Assembly (NCBI GenBank): GCA_044356865.1
Contig: JBIKVN010000001.1
Location: 1 to 42,746, forward strand
Direction: 5' to 3'
Origin: Phycisphaerales bacterium
Lineage (GTDB): Bacteria; Planctomycetota; Phycisphaerae; Phycisphaerales; SM1A02
Length of the DNA stretch: 42,746 bases
The notes under the pieces were generated by a model, which was not told the DNA's origin, did not search any database, and worked only from the letters and a program-made list of their open reading frames with translations. Numbering within the stretch: position 1 is the stretch's first letter; every line of letters starts with the position of its first letter. The translations under genes were made by a program, and so were the position numbers. Shown one piece after another: positions 1 through 11,659 of this stretch.

Positions 1-284
1 GCGACGAGCCCGACTTCTATCCGCCCGCCGACCTCGGGGGCGTGTACGTGCTGCGGCCGGACGAGAAGGTCATCGTGAACCCGGGTTCGGTGGGGCAGCC
101 GCGGGACGGCGATCCGCGGGCCTCGTATGCGTTGCTCGAGACCGAGACCGACGCCGAGGGGCGGGTCGTGAACCGCATCGAGTTCCACCGGGTGGAGTAC
201 GATGTCCGCCGCACCGTGGACCGCATCCACGCGATCCCTGAACTCAGCAACTGGCTCGGTGACCGGCTGCTCGAGGGTCGCTGA
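1..284 (+). CDS. metallophosphoesterase family protein, C-terminal fragment (5' end lies outside the window)
   Basis: Frame 3 is open from the window edge. The translation [46 protein letters not shown] carries the [11 protein letters not shown] signature typical of YfcE/MJ0936-type calcineurin-like phosphoesterases. Stop TGA at 282-284. Confidence 0.7.
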   Translation, partial: DEPDFYPPADLGGVYVLRPDEKVIVNPGSVGQPRDGDPRASYALLETETDAEGRVVNRIEFHRVEYDVRRTVDRIHAIPELSNWLGDRLLEGR

Positions 285-320
285 GGACGGGCGGATCTCC
301 GGTCGATCGCCGGATCCGCC

Positions 321-2552
321 ATGAGCCAACCCCAATCGAGGAAGTTCCTCTTCGCGTTCTTCTGCACGCTCGCCGTCTCGGCGATCGTCGCGGTCGTCGT
401 CCTGAACCGGAAGGCCGCGCCGCCGCCGGCCGAGGTCGCCCCGGCGCCGGTCGCCGAGAGTGCCCCGCCGCCGACCGCGACTCCGGCAACGCCGGCCGCG
501 GAAGCGAAGGCTCCGCCCGTGGCGCCCGCCGCCGCTCCGGCGGGTCGCCTCGTCGCCCGCGCCCCGGGCGAGATCGCCGCGCCGGCTTCGCTCGGCTCGC
601 TCGATCCGACGGTCGCCGCCTTCCGCCTGGACTTCGCGGCGAACTCGGCGGGCCTCGAGCGGATCACCTTCGCGAACTTCTGGAACACCATCTCCGAGGC
701 GACTTCGGCACGGCGCGATCCCGCGTCGCCGCCCGCCGAAAGCGGCCGCTATGTCCTGCAGACCGCGCAGCCGCTCGTCGAGCGGTACCTCACCGACTCG
801 ATCCCGCCGGTCGAGACGACCAGGAGCTTCTCGATCCCGGTGTTCGCCATGCACTCGATCGAGATCGATGGCGTGCCGGTTTCCACCTTCGGCGCGGTGT
901 GGTCATCGACCGCGCCCGGCTCGTTCGTCTCGGATCTCGTCGATGACGCGGGGAGCGCCCGCTTCCGCGTCCGCCGCGAGTTCCGCGTCGACGGCGCGTC
1001 GTACGAGATCACCGTCCGCCAGCGGGTCGAGAACCTGACCGATCGCCCCGCGAAAGTCCGCTGGATCAGCTACGGGCCGTCCGACCTGCCCGCCGACGAC
1101 ACCAGTTACATCGATGTCCGTCGCTTCCACTTCGGCTACCTGCTGCCGCCCGAGCGCGACCCGTCGCGGAAGGCGATCATCGCGACCGGCCAGATGTACG
1201 AACGGAACGCGGTCTCGAGCCGGATCCTTTCCGGTGACTTCTCGCTGTGGCCGAACGAGCCCAGCCGGGCGGGCCAGTACACGCTGTCGTGGTTCGGGGC
1301 GACGAACCGGTACTTCGCCCTGACCGTGCACGCCCCGTGGATGCCGCCCGATTCGCCCGCAACCGCGATCGGCCCCGCGATCGAGTCGGTTCGCGTGCGC
1401 GAGAACGGCATCCCGGTGCCGCCCACGACCTGGTTCGGCAGCAAGGAGCACCACACCAACGCCGATCGGCCCCCCGAGAACCTCATCCTCGCCGAACTCC
1501 ATTCGGCGGTGCAGGAGATTCCCGCGGGCGGGCTCGGGGCGTTCGACCTCGGGCTCTTCGCCGGACCGCTCGACTCGAAGCTGCTCGGTGCCGCCGAGCC
1601 GTACGCCTCGCTGAATCTGCAGCTGCTCATCGTCTACATGCTGTCGAGCTGCTGCTCGTTCTGCACCTTCGCGTGGCTGGCGAACTTCCTGATCGTCTTC
1701 CTGACCTTCCTGCACGACTACGTGGTCTTCGACTGGGGCATCGCGATCGTCGTGCTGGTGATCGTGGTGCGGGCCCTGCTGCATCCGATCATGAAGCGCT
1801 CGCAGATCCAGATGCAGCGGTTCAGCAAGGCGATGGCCGAGCTGAAGCCCGAGCTCGACGCCCTGCAGAAGCGGTACCGCGACGAGCCGACCCGCATGCA
1901 GCAGGAGCAGGTGCGGCTCTACCGCGAGAAGGGCATCAATCCCGCGGGCTGCATGGGCGGCATGCTGCCTTCGCTGCTCCAGACCCCGATCTGGATCGCC
2001 CTTTATGCGGTGCTTTTCTTCGCGTTCGAGCTGCGGCAGTCGCCGGCGTTCTTCGGCGTCTTCCAGACCCTCGGCGGCTGGAGTTTCCTCGGCGACCTGA
2101 GCCTGCCCGACAACTTCGTGCCGTTCGAGCGCAGCTACAAGTTCATATTCCTGACGATCTCCGGCATCAACCTGCTGCCGCTGCTCATGTCGGTGGTGTT
2201 CTACGTCCAGCAGCAATACCTGACCCCGCCGATGCCGAACATGTCGGAAGAGGCGAAGGCCCAGCAGAAGATGATGAAGTGGATGATGGTCATCATGTTC
2301 CCGCTGTTCCTCTATTCGGCGCCGAGCGGATTGACCCTGTACATCCTCACCTCGACCTGCATCGGCATCGTCGAGGGCAAGATCACCCGCCGCCACATCG
2401 AGAAGTACGGTCTCGACAAGCCGCAGAAGCCCGCGGCGAAGTCGGGCAAGACGGATCTCCTCGGCCGCATGGCCCGGAAGATGCTCGAGCGGGCCCAGGA
2501 AGATCAGCGGAAGAAGTCGCTGAAGACCTACAAGGATCGCGATCGCCCGTGA
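321..2552 (+). CDS. yidC: membrane protein insertase YidC (long form, 743 aa, Pro/Ala-rich linker after TM1)
   Basis: ATG at 321. N-terminal [22 protein letters not shown]. The C-terminal 60-kDa insertase core [74 protein letters not shown] is typical of YidC/Oxa1. Stop TGA at 2550-2552 overlaps the next start. Confidence 0.95.
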   Translation: MSQPQSRKFLFAFFCTLAVSAIVAVVVLNRKAAPPPAEVAPAPVAESAPPPTATPATPAAEAKAPPVAPAAAPAGRLVARAPGEIAAPASLGSLDPTVAAFRLDFAANSAGLERITFANFWNTISEATSARRDPASPPAESGRYVLQTAQPLVERYLTDSIPPVETTRSFSIPVFAMHSIEIDGVPVSTFGAVWSSTAPGSFVSDLVDDAGSARFRVRREFRVDGASYEITVRQRVENLTDRPAKVRWISYGPSDLPADDTSYIDVRRFHFGYLLPPERDPSRKAIIATGQMYERNAVSSRILSGDFSLWPNEPSRAGQYTLSWFGATNRYFALTVHAPWMPPDSPATAIGPAIESVRVRENGIPVPPTTWFGSKEHHTNADRPPENLILAELHSAVQEIPAGGLGAFDLGLFAGPLDSKLLGAAEPYASLNLQLLIVYMLSSCCSFCTFAWLANFLIVFLTFLHDYVVFDWGIAIVVLVIVVRALLHPIMKRSQIQMQRFSKAMAELKPELDALQKRYRDEPTRMQQEQVRLYREKGINPAGCMGGMLPSLLQTPIWIALYAVLFFAFELRQSPAFFGVFQTLGGWSFLGDLSLPDNFVPFERSYKFIFLTISGINLLPLLMSVVFYVQQQYLTPPMPNMSEEAKAQQKMMKWMMVIMFPLFLYSAPSGLTLYILTSTCIGIVEGKITRRHIEKYGLDKPQKPAAKSGKTDLLGRMARKMLERAQEDQRKKSLKTYKDRDRP

Positions 2553-3865
2553 TCGGGATCGGCGGCACGATCGTCGCGACGGCGACGGCCGCGGCGGCCG
2601 GATCGCGAGGCGTGGTGCGGGTGTCGGGGTCCGATGCGGTGGCGGCGGCGAGGGCGTGCGCGACGATCGACGGGCGGACCGGGACGTTCCGGAGCGCGGT
2701 GCGGACCTCGCTCGGCGAGGTGCCGGTGATTGCGATGGTGTCGAGGGCTCCGGCGTCGTTCACCGGCGAGGACACGGTCGAGCTGGCGCTGACGGGCCAT
2801 CCGTCGCTGCTCGATGCCGTCGTGGCGGCGCTCCATGCCCATCCCGGCGTACGTCGGGCCGGGCCGGGCGAGTTCACGGCGCGGGCCTTGGCCGCGGGTC
2901 GGATCGACCTGCTCGAGGCCGAGGCGATCGCGATCGCGATTTCGGCCGCGGATGCCGAGGAAGTTGCGGCGGCCCGCGAGATCGCCCGCGGCGGGCTCGG
3001 CGCCTCGGCGCGGGAAGGGGCCGATCGGCTTGCCGACGTCCTGGCCGCCATCGAGGCCGGCATCGACTTCACCGACGAGGAGGACGTGGTCACCATGCCG
3101 CCCGAGCGGCTGTCGGCGGCGCTCGACGATGTCGAATGCAGGCTGCGGAACGAACTCGCGCCGCGGGCGGCGCGGGCGGCGGGGCGTGGCCACCTGCCAC
3201 TGGTCGCCCTGGTCGGGCCGCCGAATGCGGGCAAGAGCTCGCTGTTCAACGCCCTGCTCGGTCGCGAGCGTTCGGTGACCGCTCCGGTCCGTGGCACGAC
3301 GCGCGACGCGATCGTCGAGGAGCTCGTGATCGACCACCGCGGACGCCCGGTCCGGCTGGCGCTCGCCGATCTCGCCGGCGAGGGCACGACCGACGATCCG
3401 CTCGATGCGGCGTCGCGACGCCGTCGCGACGAGCTGGTGGCCGAAGCCGACCTGATCGTGCGGTGCGTGCCACCGGATGGGGCGATGCCGGCGTGCGATG
3501 CGCGGACGATCGTGGTCGCGACCAAGTGCGACCAGGGGCAATCCGCGAGCGATCACCTGGCTACGAGCGCCCGCACCGGAGTCGGGATCGAGATCCTGCG
3601 CCATGCGCTGGCCGGGCGATCGGTGGCGCTCGCGCCGCGCGAGTCGCTCGTCGACGCCGCGACCGGCCGCCACGTCGAAGCCCTCGAGCGGGCTCTGGCG
3701 GCGATCGCCCGGGCCCGCGCGCTCGTCCCGGGCGTTCGCGGCCGGCCCGAGATCGTCGCGGCGGCGGTGTCCGAAGCGATCGGTCCCCTTCGCGAGCTCA
3801 CCGGCGTCGGAACGCCCGACGAGGTGCTCGGCCGGATCTTCGCCCGCTTCTGCATCGGCAAGTGA
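2549..3865 (+). CDS. mnmE: tRNA uridine-5-carboxymethylaminomethyl(34) synthesis GTPase MnmE
   Basis: GTG at 2549 forms a GTGA overlap with the yidC stop. P-loop [16 protein letters not shown], then TTRD. The C-terminus ends in the MnmE-specific FCIGK motif. The yidC-mnmE order is the classical one. Confidence 0.9.
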   Translation: MIGIGGTIVATATAAAAGSRGVVRVSGSDAVAAARACATIDGRTGTFRSAVRTSLGEVPVIAMVSRAPASFTGEDTVELALTGHPSLLDAVVAALHAHPGVRRAGPGEFTARALAAGRIDLLEAEAIAIAISAADAEEVAAAREIARGGLGASAREGADRLADVLAAIEAGIDFTDEEDVVTMPPERLSAALDDVECRLRNELAPRAARAAGRGHLPLVALVGPPNAGKSSLFNALLGRERSVTAPVRGTTRDAIVEELVIDHRGRPVRLALADLAGEGTTDDPLDAASRRRRDELVAEADLIVRCVPPDGAMPACDARTIVVATKCDQGQSASDHLATSARTGVGIEILRHALAGRSVALAPRESLVDAATGRHVEALERALAAIARARALVPGVRGRPEIVAAAVSEAIGPLRELTGVGTPDEVLGRIFARFCIGK

Positions 3866-3887
3866 GTTCCGCCATACTGCGGCGGCC

Positions 3888-5936
3888 ATGCTGACCTCGC
3901 TTCTTGTCGCCGCGGCGATCTCGGCCGCGCACTCGCCGTCGCCGCCCGCCTTCGACATCACCAAGGAAACCCCCGCGGCCCGCGACGCCCGCATGGCGTG
4001 GTGGCGCGATGCCCGCTTCGGCCTGTTCATCCACTGGGGGCTCTATGCGATCCCGGCCGGCGAATGGAACGGGAAGGAGTACCCCGGCGCCGGCGAGTGG
4101 CTGATGAACCACGCGAAGATCCGCCCCGCCGATTACGAGCCGCTGCGCGACCGCTTCAACCCGGTCGAGTTCGACGCCAAGCGCTGGGTCGCGATCGCGA
4201 AGGCCGCGGGCATGCGGTACATCGTGATCACCAGCAAGCATCACGATGGCTTCTGCCTGTGGGATTCGCAGCTCACCGGGTGGGACGTCGCGAGCACGCC
4301 GTTTCGTCGCGACATCCTGAAGGAACTCGCCGCGGCCTGCCGCGACGCCGGCATTCGCCTCTGCTTCTACCACTCGATCATGGACTGGACGCACCCCGAC
4401 TACCTCCCGCGCCGCCCGTGGGACGCGCGTCCGGCCGATCCCGGGAGTTTCGCCCGCTACAAGCAATACCTGAAGGGCCAGCTCGCCGAGCTGCTGTCGG
4501 GCGAGTACGGCGACGTCGGCATCCTCTGGTTCGACGGCGAGTGGGAGAACACCTGGTCGCACGAGGACGGCGCCGAGATCGATGACTTCGTGCGGTCGCT
4601 CAAGCCCGACCTCATCGTGAACAACCGCGTCGACGTCGGCCGTGAGGGCATGCAGGGCATGACCCGCGGCGGCAAGTACCGCGGCGACTACGGCACGCCC
4701 GAGCAGGAGATTCCCGCGACCGGATTCCCCGGCGTCGACTGGGAAACCTGCATGACGATGAACGGCTCGTGGGGTTTCCACCGCACGGACCTGAACTGGA
4801 AAAGCGATGAGACGCTCATCCGCATGCTCGTCGACATCGCGAGCAAGGGCGGGAACTTCCTGCTGAACGTCGGGCCCGACGAGCTCGGGCGGATTCCCGA
4901 GGCGAGCGTCGAGCGACTGGCCGCGATGGGCCGCTGGCTCGAGGTGAACGGCGAGGCGATCTACGGGACCGGGCCGAGCGTCTTCCCGAAGCTCGACTGG
5001 GGTCGGTGCACGACGCGGAGCGCCGGGGGTACGCGGCTCTATCTGGGCGTCTTCGATTGGCCGAAGGACGGGAAGCTGCTGCTGCCCGGCCTCATCGACC
5101 GGCCGTCTGCGGTGCGGTTGCTGGCATCGCCCGGGACTTCGCTGGTCGCCCGCACCGTCGACGCCGGCGTCGAGATCGAGGTGCCGGCCACGGCGCCCGA
5201 TCCGATCGTGTCGGTGATCGCGGTCGATCTCGCCGGTCCGCCGCGGGTGGTCGGCGAGCCGCCGCTCGAGGCCGCTTCGTCGATGTTCGTCGGCACGGTC
5301 GACATTCGCACCTCGGTGCCGGAGGGCGTGACCGTCCGCTGGACCCGCGACGGCAGCGAGCCGACGGCGACCAGCGCGGTGTTCGATCGGACGGTCACGC
5401 TCACCGGACCCGCGACGGTGAAGGCCCGCGGTTTCCTCGACGGTCGTCCGGTGGGTGCGACGGCGTCACGGACGTTCACCCGGGTCACGCCGCGCCCGGG
5501 CGATCGGGCCGCCAGTACGCGGCCGGGCCTCGCGTTCCGTCGCTGGGATGGCACGTTCGATTCCGCGGCGAAGCCGTTCCCCGGCGAGCCGAAACTCGTG
5601 GGCGAGGTTCCGTCGGTGCGGATCGCCGGGCCGGCCCGCAGCGATCACTTCGGCCTCGAACTCGCAGGCTGGATCACCGTGCCGGCCGATGCGGTCTATC
5701 GGTTCTCGCTCGGCTCCGACGACGGCAGCGTCCTGTGGATCGGCGACACCACCGTCGTCGAGAACGACGGTCCGCACTCGATGCGCTACGCCAGCGGCGA
5801 GATCGCCCTCGGCCGCGGTTCGCATCCGGTCCTCATCCGCCACTTCGAACTCGACGGCGGCGACGACCTTGACCTCCGCTGGTCGGGCCCCGGCCTCGCC
5901 GAGGCCGCCGTGCCCGCCTCGGCGTTCACGCACTGA
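3888..5936 (+). CDS. secreted alpha-L-fucosidase (GH29) with C-terminal chitobiase/hexosaminidase-C-like and PA14 domains
   Basis: ATG at 3888 followed by a signal-like MLTSLLVAAAISAA. GH29 motifs are present: RFGLFIHWGLYAIPAGEW, ITSKHHDGFCLWDS, and GILWFDGEWENTW with the nucleophile Asp context intact. The C-terminal segment YRFSLGSDDGSVLWIGDTTVVENDG...DLDLRWSGPG is PA14-like. Confidence 0.9.
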   Translation: MLTSLLVAAAISAAHSPSPPAFDITKETPAARDARMAWWRDARFGLFIHWGLYAIPAGEWNGKEYPGAGEWLMNHAKIRPADYEPLRDRFNPVEFDAKRWVAIAKAAGMRYIVITSKHHDGFCLWDSQLTGWDVASTPFRRDILKELAAACRDAGIRLCFYHSIMDWTHPDYLPRRPWDARPADPGSFARYKQYLKGQLAELLSGEYGDVGILWFDGEWENTWSHEDGAEIDDFVRSLKPDLIVNNRVDVGREGMQGMTRGGKYRGDYGTPEQEIPATGFPGVDWETCMTMNGSWGFHRTDLNWKSDETLIRMLVDIASKGGNFLLNVGPDELGRIPEASVERLAAMGRWLEVNGEAIYGTGPSVFPKLDWGRCTTRSAGGTRLYLGVFDWPKDGKLLLPGLIDRPSAVRLLASPGTSLVARTVDAGVEIEVPATAPDPIVSVIAVDLAGPPRVVGEPPLEAASSMFVGTVDIRTSVPEGVTVRWTRDGSEPTATSAVFDRTVTLTGPATVKARGFLDGRPVGATASRTFTRVTPRPGDRAASTRPGLAFRRWDGTFDSAAKPFPGEPKLVGEVPSVRIAGPARSDHFGLELAGWITVPADAVYRFSLGSDDGSVLWIGDTTVVENDGPHSMRYASGEIALGRGSHPVLIRHFELDGGDDLDLRWSGPGLAEAAVPASAFTH

Positions 5937-6019
5937 GACGAAAGCGAACTCCCCTGCGACTCCGCCTCACGCCCGCGAGCGCCGACGCGCTTCTTCTGAT
6001 TGCCGCCCTGATCTGGGGC

Positions 6020-6901
6020 GTGGGTTTCGTCGCGCAACGCCACGGCGCCGAGGTCTTCGGACCCTTCGGCTACACCGGCATCCGCTTCTCGCTTGGGGCC
6101 CTGCTGCTGTTGCCGTTCGTCCTCAGGTCGGCCCCGCCGATCGAGGGCCTCGACCGGCGAGCCACCCGTCGCGAGTACCTGAAGTGGGGCGGGCTGGCCG
6201 GACTCGTGATGGCGATCGCCGCGATCCTCCAGCAGGCCGGCATGGAGGACACGACCGCCGGCCACGGCGGCTTCATCACCTCGCTCTACGTGCTGTTCAC
6301 GCCGCTGCTGGCGATCCTCGTCGGGCGCGCGGTCGGCGTCGAGATCTGGCTCGCCTGCGGCCTGGCCCTCTGGGGTCTCTGGCTGCTCTCGATCAGCCCG
6401 GGGGCCGACGGCCTGACGATCAATCGCGGTGATCCGCTGGTGCTCGGCTGTGCGTTCATGTGGGCGATCCAGATCCTCATCGTCGCCCGCGCTTCGAAGG
6501 TGCTCGAACCGCTTCGCTTCGCCTTCCTGCAGTTCGCGGTCACCGGGATCCTCAGCCTCACCATCGCCCTCGCGATCGAGAAGCCGACGCTCGCCCAGGC
6601 CGGCGAGGCGTGGGGAGCCCTTCTGTACGGCAGCGTGTTTTCCGTGTGCCTGGCCTTCGTGATCCAGATGGTCGCCCAGCGCGTCGCGCCGCCGACGCAT
6701 GCCGCGATCATCATGAGCCTGGAGTCGGTGTTCGGGATGGCCGCGGGAGTCTGGTTGCTGTCCGAGCCGCTCGACGGGCGCAAGGTGCTCGGGGCGTCGC
6801 TCATGTTCGCGGCCCTGCTCGTGGCCCAGGTCGATCCACCGTGGCGCAAGAAGCGCGGGGCGGGAGATTCCGCGGACCTCGGCTCGACCGATAAGCGCTG
6901 A
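6020..6901 (+). CDS. DMT superfamily transporter (EamA family); the true start is probably upstream of the first canonical start codon
   Basis: Polytopic, with two EamA-like halves (FVAQRHG..., LLYGSVFSVCLAFVIQMVAQRVAPPTHAAIIMSLESVF). The first ATG/GTG/TTG in the open frame is GTG 6020. The in-frame upstream translation RRKRTPLRLRLTPASADALLLIAALIWG looks like the missing N-terminus and TM1 (see finding). Confidence 0.8.
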   Translation: MGFVAQRHGAEVFGPFGYTGIRFSLGALLLLPFVLRSAPPIEGLDRRATRREYLKWGGLAGLVMAIAAILQQAGMEDTTAGHGGFITSLYVLFTPLLAILVGRAVGVEIWLACGLALWGLWLLSISPGADGLTINRGDPLVLGCAFMWAIQILIVARASKVLEPLRFAFLQFAVTGILSLTIALAIEKPTLAQAGEAWGALLYGSVFSVCLAFVIQMVAQRVAPPTHAAIIMSLESVFGMAAGVWLLSEPLDGRKVLGASLMFAALLVAQVDPPWRKKRGAGDSADLGSTDKR

Positions 6902-7052
6902 GGCGGATCCGCCTCGCGGACCTTATCGGGCGCGGCGATTCCGCATGGGTGAAACCGCGTCGTGAATCCGAAAGAGGGAGGCGTCGCGGGTCGGATCCGC
7001 GGCCCCTTCGCCGGGAGGCTCCCGGATCCCGTTCCCTCAGGTTGTTCCCGAC

Positions 7053-7745
7053 ATGAATCCCGAAGCGATCGTTGAAACGCTCTTCTCGCATCTCATCTCC
7101 GGCAACCGCGTCGAGTCGCGGAAGCTGGTCGAGAATCTCTATGCCTCGGGACTGCCCGCCGAGCGGGTGACCCGCGAGATCCTCTGGCCGACCCTCGAGA
7201 ATGTCCACGCCTTGCACCGGAACGACCAGCTGTCGAATCTCGCGCATCACTACGCCACGCGCCTGCTTCGGATGCTGGTCGACCAGGCCCAGGCGCGGTA
7301 CGACCAGAAGCCCCGCCGCAACCGCAAGGTCTGCCTCTTCTGCGGCCCGAACGAGCCCGAGGAGCTGGCCGGCCAGCTGGTGGCCGACCTCTGCGAGGCC
7401 GACGGCTACGAGGTGCTCTTCGCCGGCGGCGGCGTTGCGATGGACGAGATTCTCGAGGAAGTGCAGACGCACTCGCCCGACGTCCTGCTCATGTTCGCCT
7501 CGAGCAACCGTGACGCACCGAACATCCGGCAGCTCATCGACGCCATTCGCGAGATCGGTTCGTGCCCGAATCTCCAGATCGTGGTCGGTGGCGGCATCTT
7601 CAACCGGGCCCCGGGCCTGGCCGAGGAGATCGGTGCCGACCTGAACGCCAAGGGCCCGGCCGAGCTGCTCGACCTGCTCGCGAACGGCATCTCGGTCCGG
7701 CACGAGCGGAACGCGAAGCGGCTCCGCAGCCGCCACGCGGCCTGA
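7053..7745 (+). CDS. standalone cobalamin (B12)-binding-domain protein (helical cap plus Rossmann-like B12-binding domain)
   Basis: The N-terminal helical bundle is followed by KVCLFCGPNEPEELAGQLVADLCEADGYEVLFAGGGV...PDVLLMFASS...IVVGGGIF, the topology of B12-binding_2 plus B12-binding domains. No DNA-binding or catalytic domain is attached. Confidence 0.75.
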   Translation: MNPEAIVETLFSHLISGNRVESRKLVENLYASGLPAERVTREILWPTLENVHALHRNDQLSNLAHHYATRLLRMLVDQAQARYDQKPRRNRKVCLFCGPNEPEELAGQLVADLCEADGYEVLFAGGGVAMDEILEEVQTHSPDVLLMFASSNRDAPNIRQLIDAIREIGSCPNLQIVVGGGIFNRAPGLAEEIGADLNAKGPAELLDLLANGISVRHERNAKRLRSRHAA

Positions 7746-7768
7746 CCCGGGAACAAAGCCTCCTTGCA

Positions 7769-7802
7769 GGGACGACCGGCTTCCGGGCCGGTCGTCCCTT
7801 TT
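7769..7802 (+). terminator. Rho-independent terminator of the B12-binding-protein gene
   Basis: Perfect 12-bp GC-rich stem GGGACGACCGGC / GCCGGTCGTCCC (7769-7780 and 7787-7798), loop TTCCGG, then TTTT (7799-7802). It lies 24 nt after the stop and between convergent genes. Confidence 0.65.
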
Positions 7803-8365
7803 CACGCGCCGGCCGGGCGCGGCGTCACCAGACCGGCGTCGCGGATCGCCTCGATGCATCGCGTGAGGTGGGCGTCCGGATCGACCCCGAGCTCGGCGAT
7901 GCCGCGGGCGATGTCGTCGCGATTCACCGCGGCGGCGAAGGCCGGCGTCTTGAGCTTCTTCCGCACCCCCGCCGCGTCGAGCGAAGCCAGACCGTCGGGC
8001 CGGACCCGCCCGCACGCGACGATGAAGCCGGCGAGCTCGTCCACCGCGAAGAGATGACGCGCCATCGCCGACCGTCGGGGCGTTCCGGTGCACTCGGCGT
8101 GGCCGAGAATCGCGTCGAGGATCTCGTCGTCGACGCCGAGGCCGCGCAGGTGGGCGACGCCCACCGTCGGATGCTCGGCGGGCGTCGGGTGCCGTTCGTA
8201 GTCGAAGTCGTGCAGCAACCCCGCAACCGTCCAGCGATCGATCTCGTCCGGGGCGACCTCGCGGGCGCCGCGGGCCATGCAAGCGGCGACCGCCTCCATA
8301 TGTATACGAAGCGAGGGGTTGGCCACCCACTCGTGCATGAGGCGACGGGCTTCCGTGATGTCCAT
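7802..8365 (-). CDS. HD domain-containing phosphohydrolase (187 aa)
   Basis: ATG at 8365 (MDITEARRLMHEW...). HD motif LLHDFDYERHP. Lies 11 nt downstream of xylA on the same strand. Confidence 0.8.
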   Translation of the reverse strand: MDITEARRLMHEWVANPSLRIHMEAVAACMARGAREVAPDEIDRWTVAGLLHDFDYERHPTPAEHPTVGVAHLRGLGVDDEILDAILGHAECTGTPRRSAMARHLFAVDELAGFIVACGRVRPDGLASLDAAGVRKKLKTPAFAAAVNRDDIARGIAELGVDPDAHLTRCIEAIRDAGLVTPRPAGA

Positions 8366-8376
8366 CCGGATGGTCC

Positions 8377-9693
<1,317 letters not shown>

Positions 9694-9731
9694 GTCGGGC
9701 TCCGCGCGGAGTGTAGCGGCGGGCCTGCGGA

Positions 9732-11636
9732 TCACCGCGCGAACGCGGACGCCGGAACTCGCGTCGCTTCGGCGTCTCCGCGGGCCCACCACAACGAGAG
9801 CGATTCGCGTCCCTCGAACTCGCAGTACTCGACGCGGAGCGGGTGCAGGCCGCGCCGCAAGGCGACGCGACCTTCGCGCACGTCGTAGATCACGGAGCCG
9901 TCGCGATCGACGATGAGGCGATCATGCAGGTACATCCGGCTGGCGTCGTCGCTGCGGAGCGAAAAAGTGTACAGGCCATCCTCGGGCACCCGGAGGAATC
10001 CGCGATACACCAGCGCAAACCGGTCGGCTGGGCGTGGCGAGGGAAGCCGCACGTCCGACAGGATGATCGTGGAGCGTGCCGTGCGTGCTTCCAACTCGTC
10101 CAGCGAGGCGACGACTCCGTCGTGAAGGTCCATCTCGAGGCCGTCGAGCGCCGTCCGCCCGAGGCTTTCGTCGGCGACGGCCTCCAGGAACGGCTCGCCG
10201 TCGAGCCGGATGAATCGTGCGGCGATCGGGTATCCGGCGCGGCCCGAGGCATCGACCGCCACGGCCCGCAGCAGGCAGGACGACTCGATCGGGATCTCGC
10301 CGTCGGAGTTGGCACCGAAAGCGACCGGATCGCGGCCGTCCAGCGTGTAGAGGATCCGCGCGGGCGGCCCGGCGGCGGCCAGCGAGGCGACGGTGCGCTC
10401 CCGAAACGAGCGTTCCTCCGATGCAAGGCGGACCTGGGGCGGCGCGGCGAAGACCGAGATCTGCGCAAGAGCGGGTGGGCAATCCGTTGCCACGAACCGC
10501 ACGCGAAGGGCATCGGCCCGCACCGTCTCGAAACGCACCGTGCGACGGAATCCGATGGTGTCACCGGCAGCGACCGTCGTCCAGCGGCCCTCGATCATGG
10601 CTTCGGCCGACCAGCGTTCGCACCGCGCCCCCAGCCGTTCCGGTTCCCGCAGTTCCAGGATGTTCATGAACACCGGCGTGTCCCACGAGAGCTCGAGCCA
10701 CGCGTCGGTCGTCTCCTCGTCCGTCGCCCAAAATGTGGCCGCGGATCCATCGTTGGCCTTCGCCGCGTCGAACTCGGCGCTCCCGCCTCGGATGGACGAC
10801 GCGCGGATCCGTGCGCTGCGGGCGGCGTCCTCCCGGAACACCGAGGCCAGTCTTCGCTGCCATGAACCCACCCGCTCGACATCCCGCCTCCGGAACCGGC
10901 CGTCGCGGTCGACCGGAACTCCGAGCAGCAACGGCTCGCCCTGGCCAACGCTGGCGAACCAGGCGTCCTCGAGTTCCGCGACGGACCGCAGGCGTTCGTC
11001 CTCGCCGAGTCGCCACTGCCACGATGGCCGGATCGAGAGGGCCCGTTCGACTCCGCGCCATCGGTCGCCTGCGTCCGGGCAAGCGGCGCCGATGGGGGCG
11101 GTCAAGAAGTCTCCTCCGTCGGGCGCGGCGAGGCAGGCCTCACCGCACGCCACATCGCGTGCATCGACCGGACCGGGGGAGTCATCGCTTCCGAGACGGA
11201 TCTCGAAGAGCGGCCCGAAGCGTTCGCACAGGAGTGCGACGTCCGTGGAGAGTTCCGCTCCTTCCAAGTTTCCTGCGAGGGACATTCCGAAGGGAATCTT
11301 CGCGTCGGTCAGGGCGCCCGCGATGGCGGTCGCGATCGGGGTTTCGGCCAGCGAGAAGCCGTCCTCGTCGCGCATCACGACGATGACCCCGTCGAGCGCC
11401 ATCTCGCGGAGATCCTCGACCCAGACACCTGCGTCGAAGTCGTCGAAGCGCGGGACGGGACGGTCCTCCGAAGCACTCGCGAGATCTCGACCGACCGGGC
11501 CGGGAACGCCGAAATGCACCAGCCCACAGGTCTCGAGCCGAAGGCGGGCGAGCTGGCGATCCGACGGCACCGGACCGCAGGGAGCAGGCGGAAGCGCCGT
11601 CAGCAGCGCGAGGGCAACGGTCGCAAGCGGAGTCAC
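9732..11636 (-). CDS. secreted GH29-like protein with eroded catalytic motifs, F5/8 type C (discoidin) domain, chitobiase-C-like domain and C-terminal PA14 domain
   Basis: N-terminal signal-like [23 protein letters not shown]29-B-like scaffold is visible ([68 protein letters not shown]). Discoidin block: [15 protein letters not shown]...LRVRF. PA14 block: [25 protein letters not shown]...[10 protein letters not shown]. Confidence 0.7.
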   Translation of the reverse strand: MTPLATVALALLTALPPAPCGPVPSDRQLARLRLETCGLVHFGVPGPVGRDLASASEDRPVPRFDDFDAGVWVEDLREMALDGVIVVMRDEDGFSLAETPIATAIAGALTDAKIPFGMSLAGNLEGAELSTDVALLCERFGPLFEIRLGSDDSPGPVDARDVACGEACLAAPDGGDFLTAPIGAACPDAGDRWRGVERALSIRPSWQWRLGEDERLRSVAELEDAWFASVGQGEPLLLGVPVDRDGRFRRRDVERVGSWQRRLASVFREDAARSARIRASSIRGGSAEFDAAKANDGSAATFWATDEETTDAWLELSWDTPVFMNILELREPERLGARCERWSAEAMIEGRWTTVAAGDTIGFRRTVRFETVRADALRVRFVATDCPPALAQISVFAAPPQVRLASEERSFRERTVASLAAAGPPARILYTLDGRDPVAFGANSDGEIPIESSCLLRAVAVDASGRAGYPIAARFIRLDGEPFLEAVADESLGRTALDGLEMDLHDGVVASLDELEARTARSTIILSDVRLPSPRPADRFALVYRGFLRVPEDGLYTFSLRSDDASRMYLHDRLIVDRDGSVIYDVREGRVALRRGLHPLRVEYCEFEGRESLSLWWARGDAEATRVPASAFAR

Positions 11637-11659
11637 CGTCGCATCCTAACGATGGCCGA

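Noticed and set aside
6900-6915. The 16-bp palindrome GAGGCGGATCCGCCTC immediately after the EamA stop, as a terminator.
   Set aside because: It has a 6-bp stem, a 4-nt loop and no T-tract. GGATCC-containing palindromes recur in this spacer and may be incidental.
6902-7052. Possible cobalamin riboswitch upstream of the B12-binding-protein gene (strings GGTGAAACC, GTGAATCC, AGAGGGAGG).
   Set aside because: The elements are in the wrong order relative to the cobalamin riboswitch core (AGGGAA before GGTGAAAATCC). No B12-box-like GCCACTG is present. It would need an Rfam RF00174 scan; by eye it does not fit.
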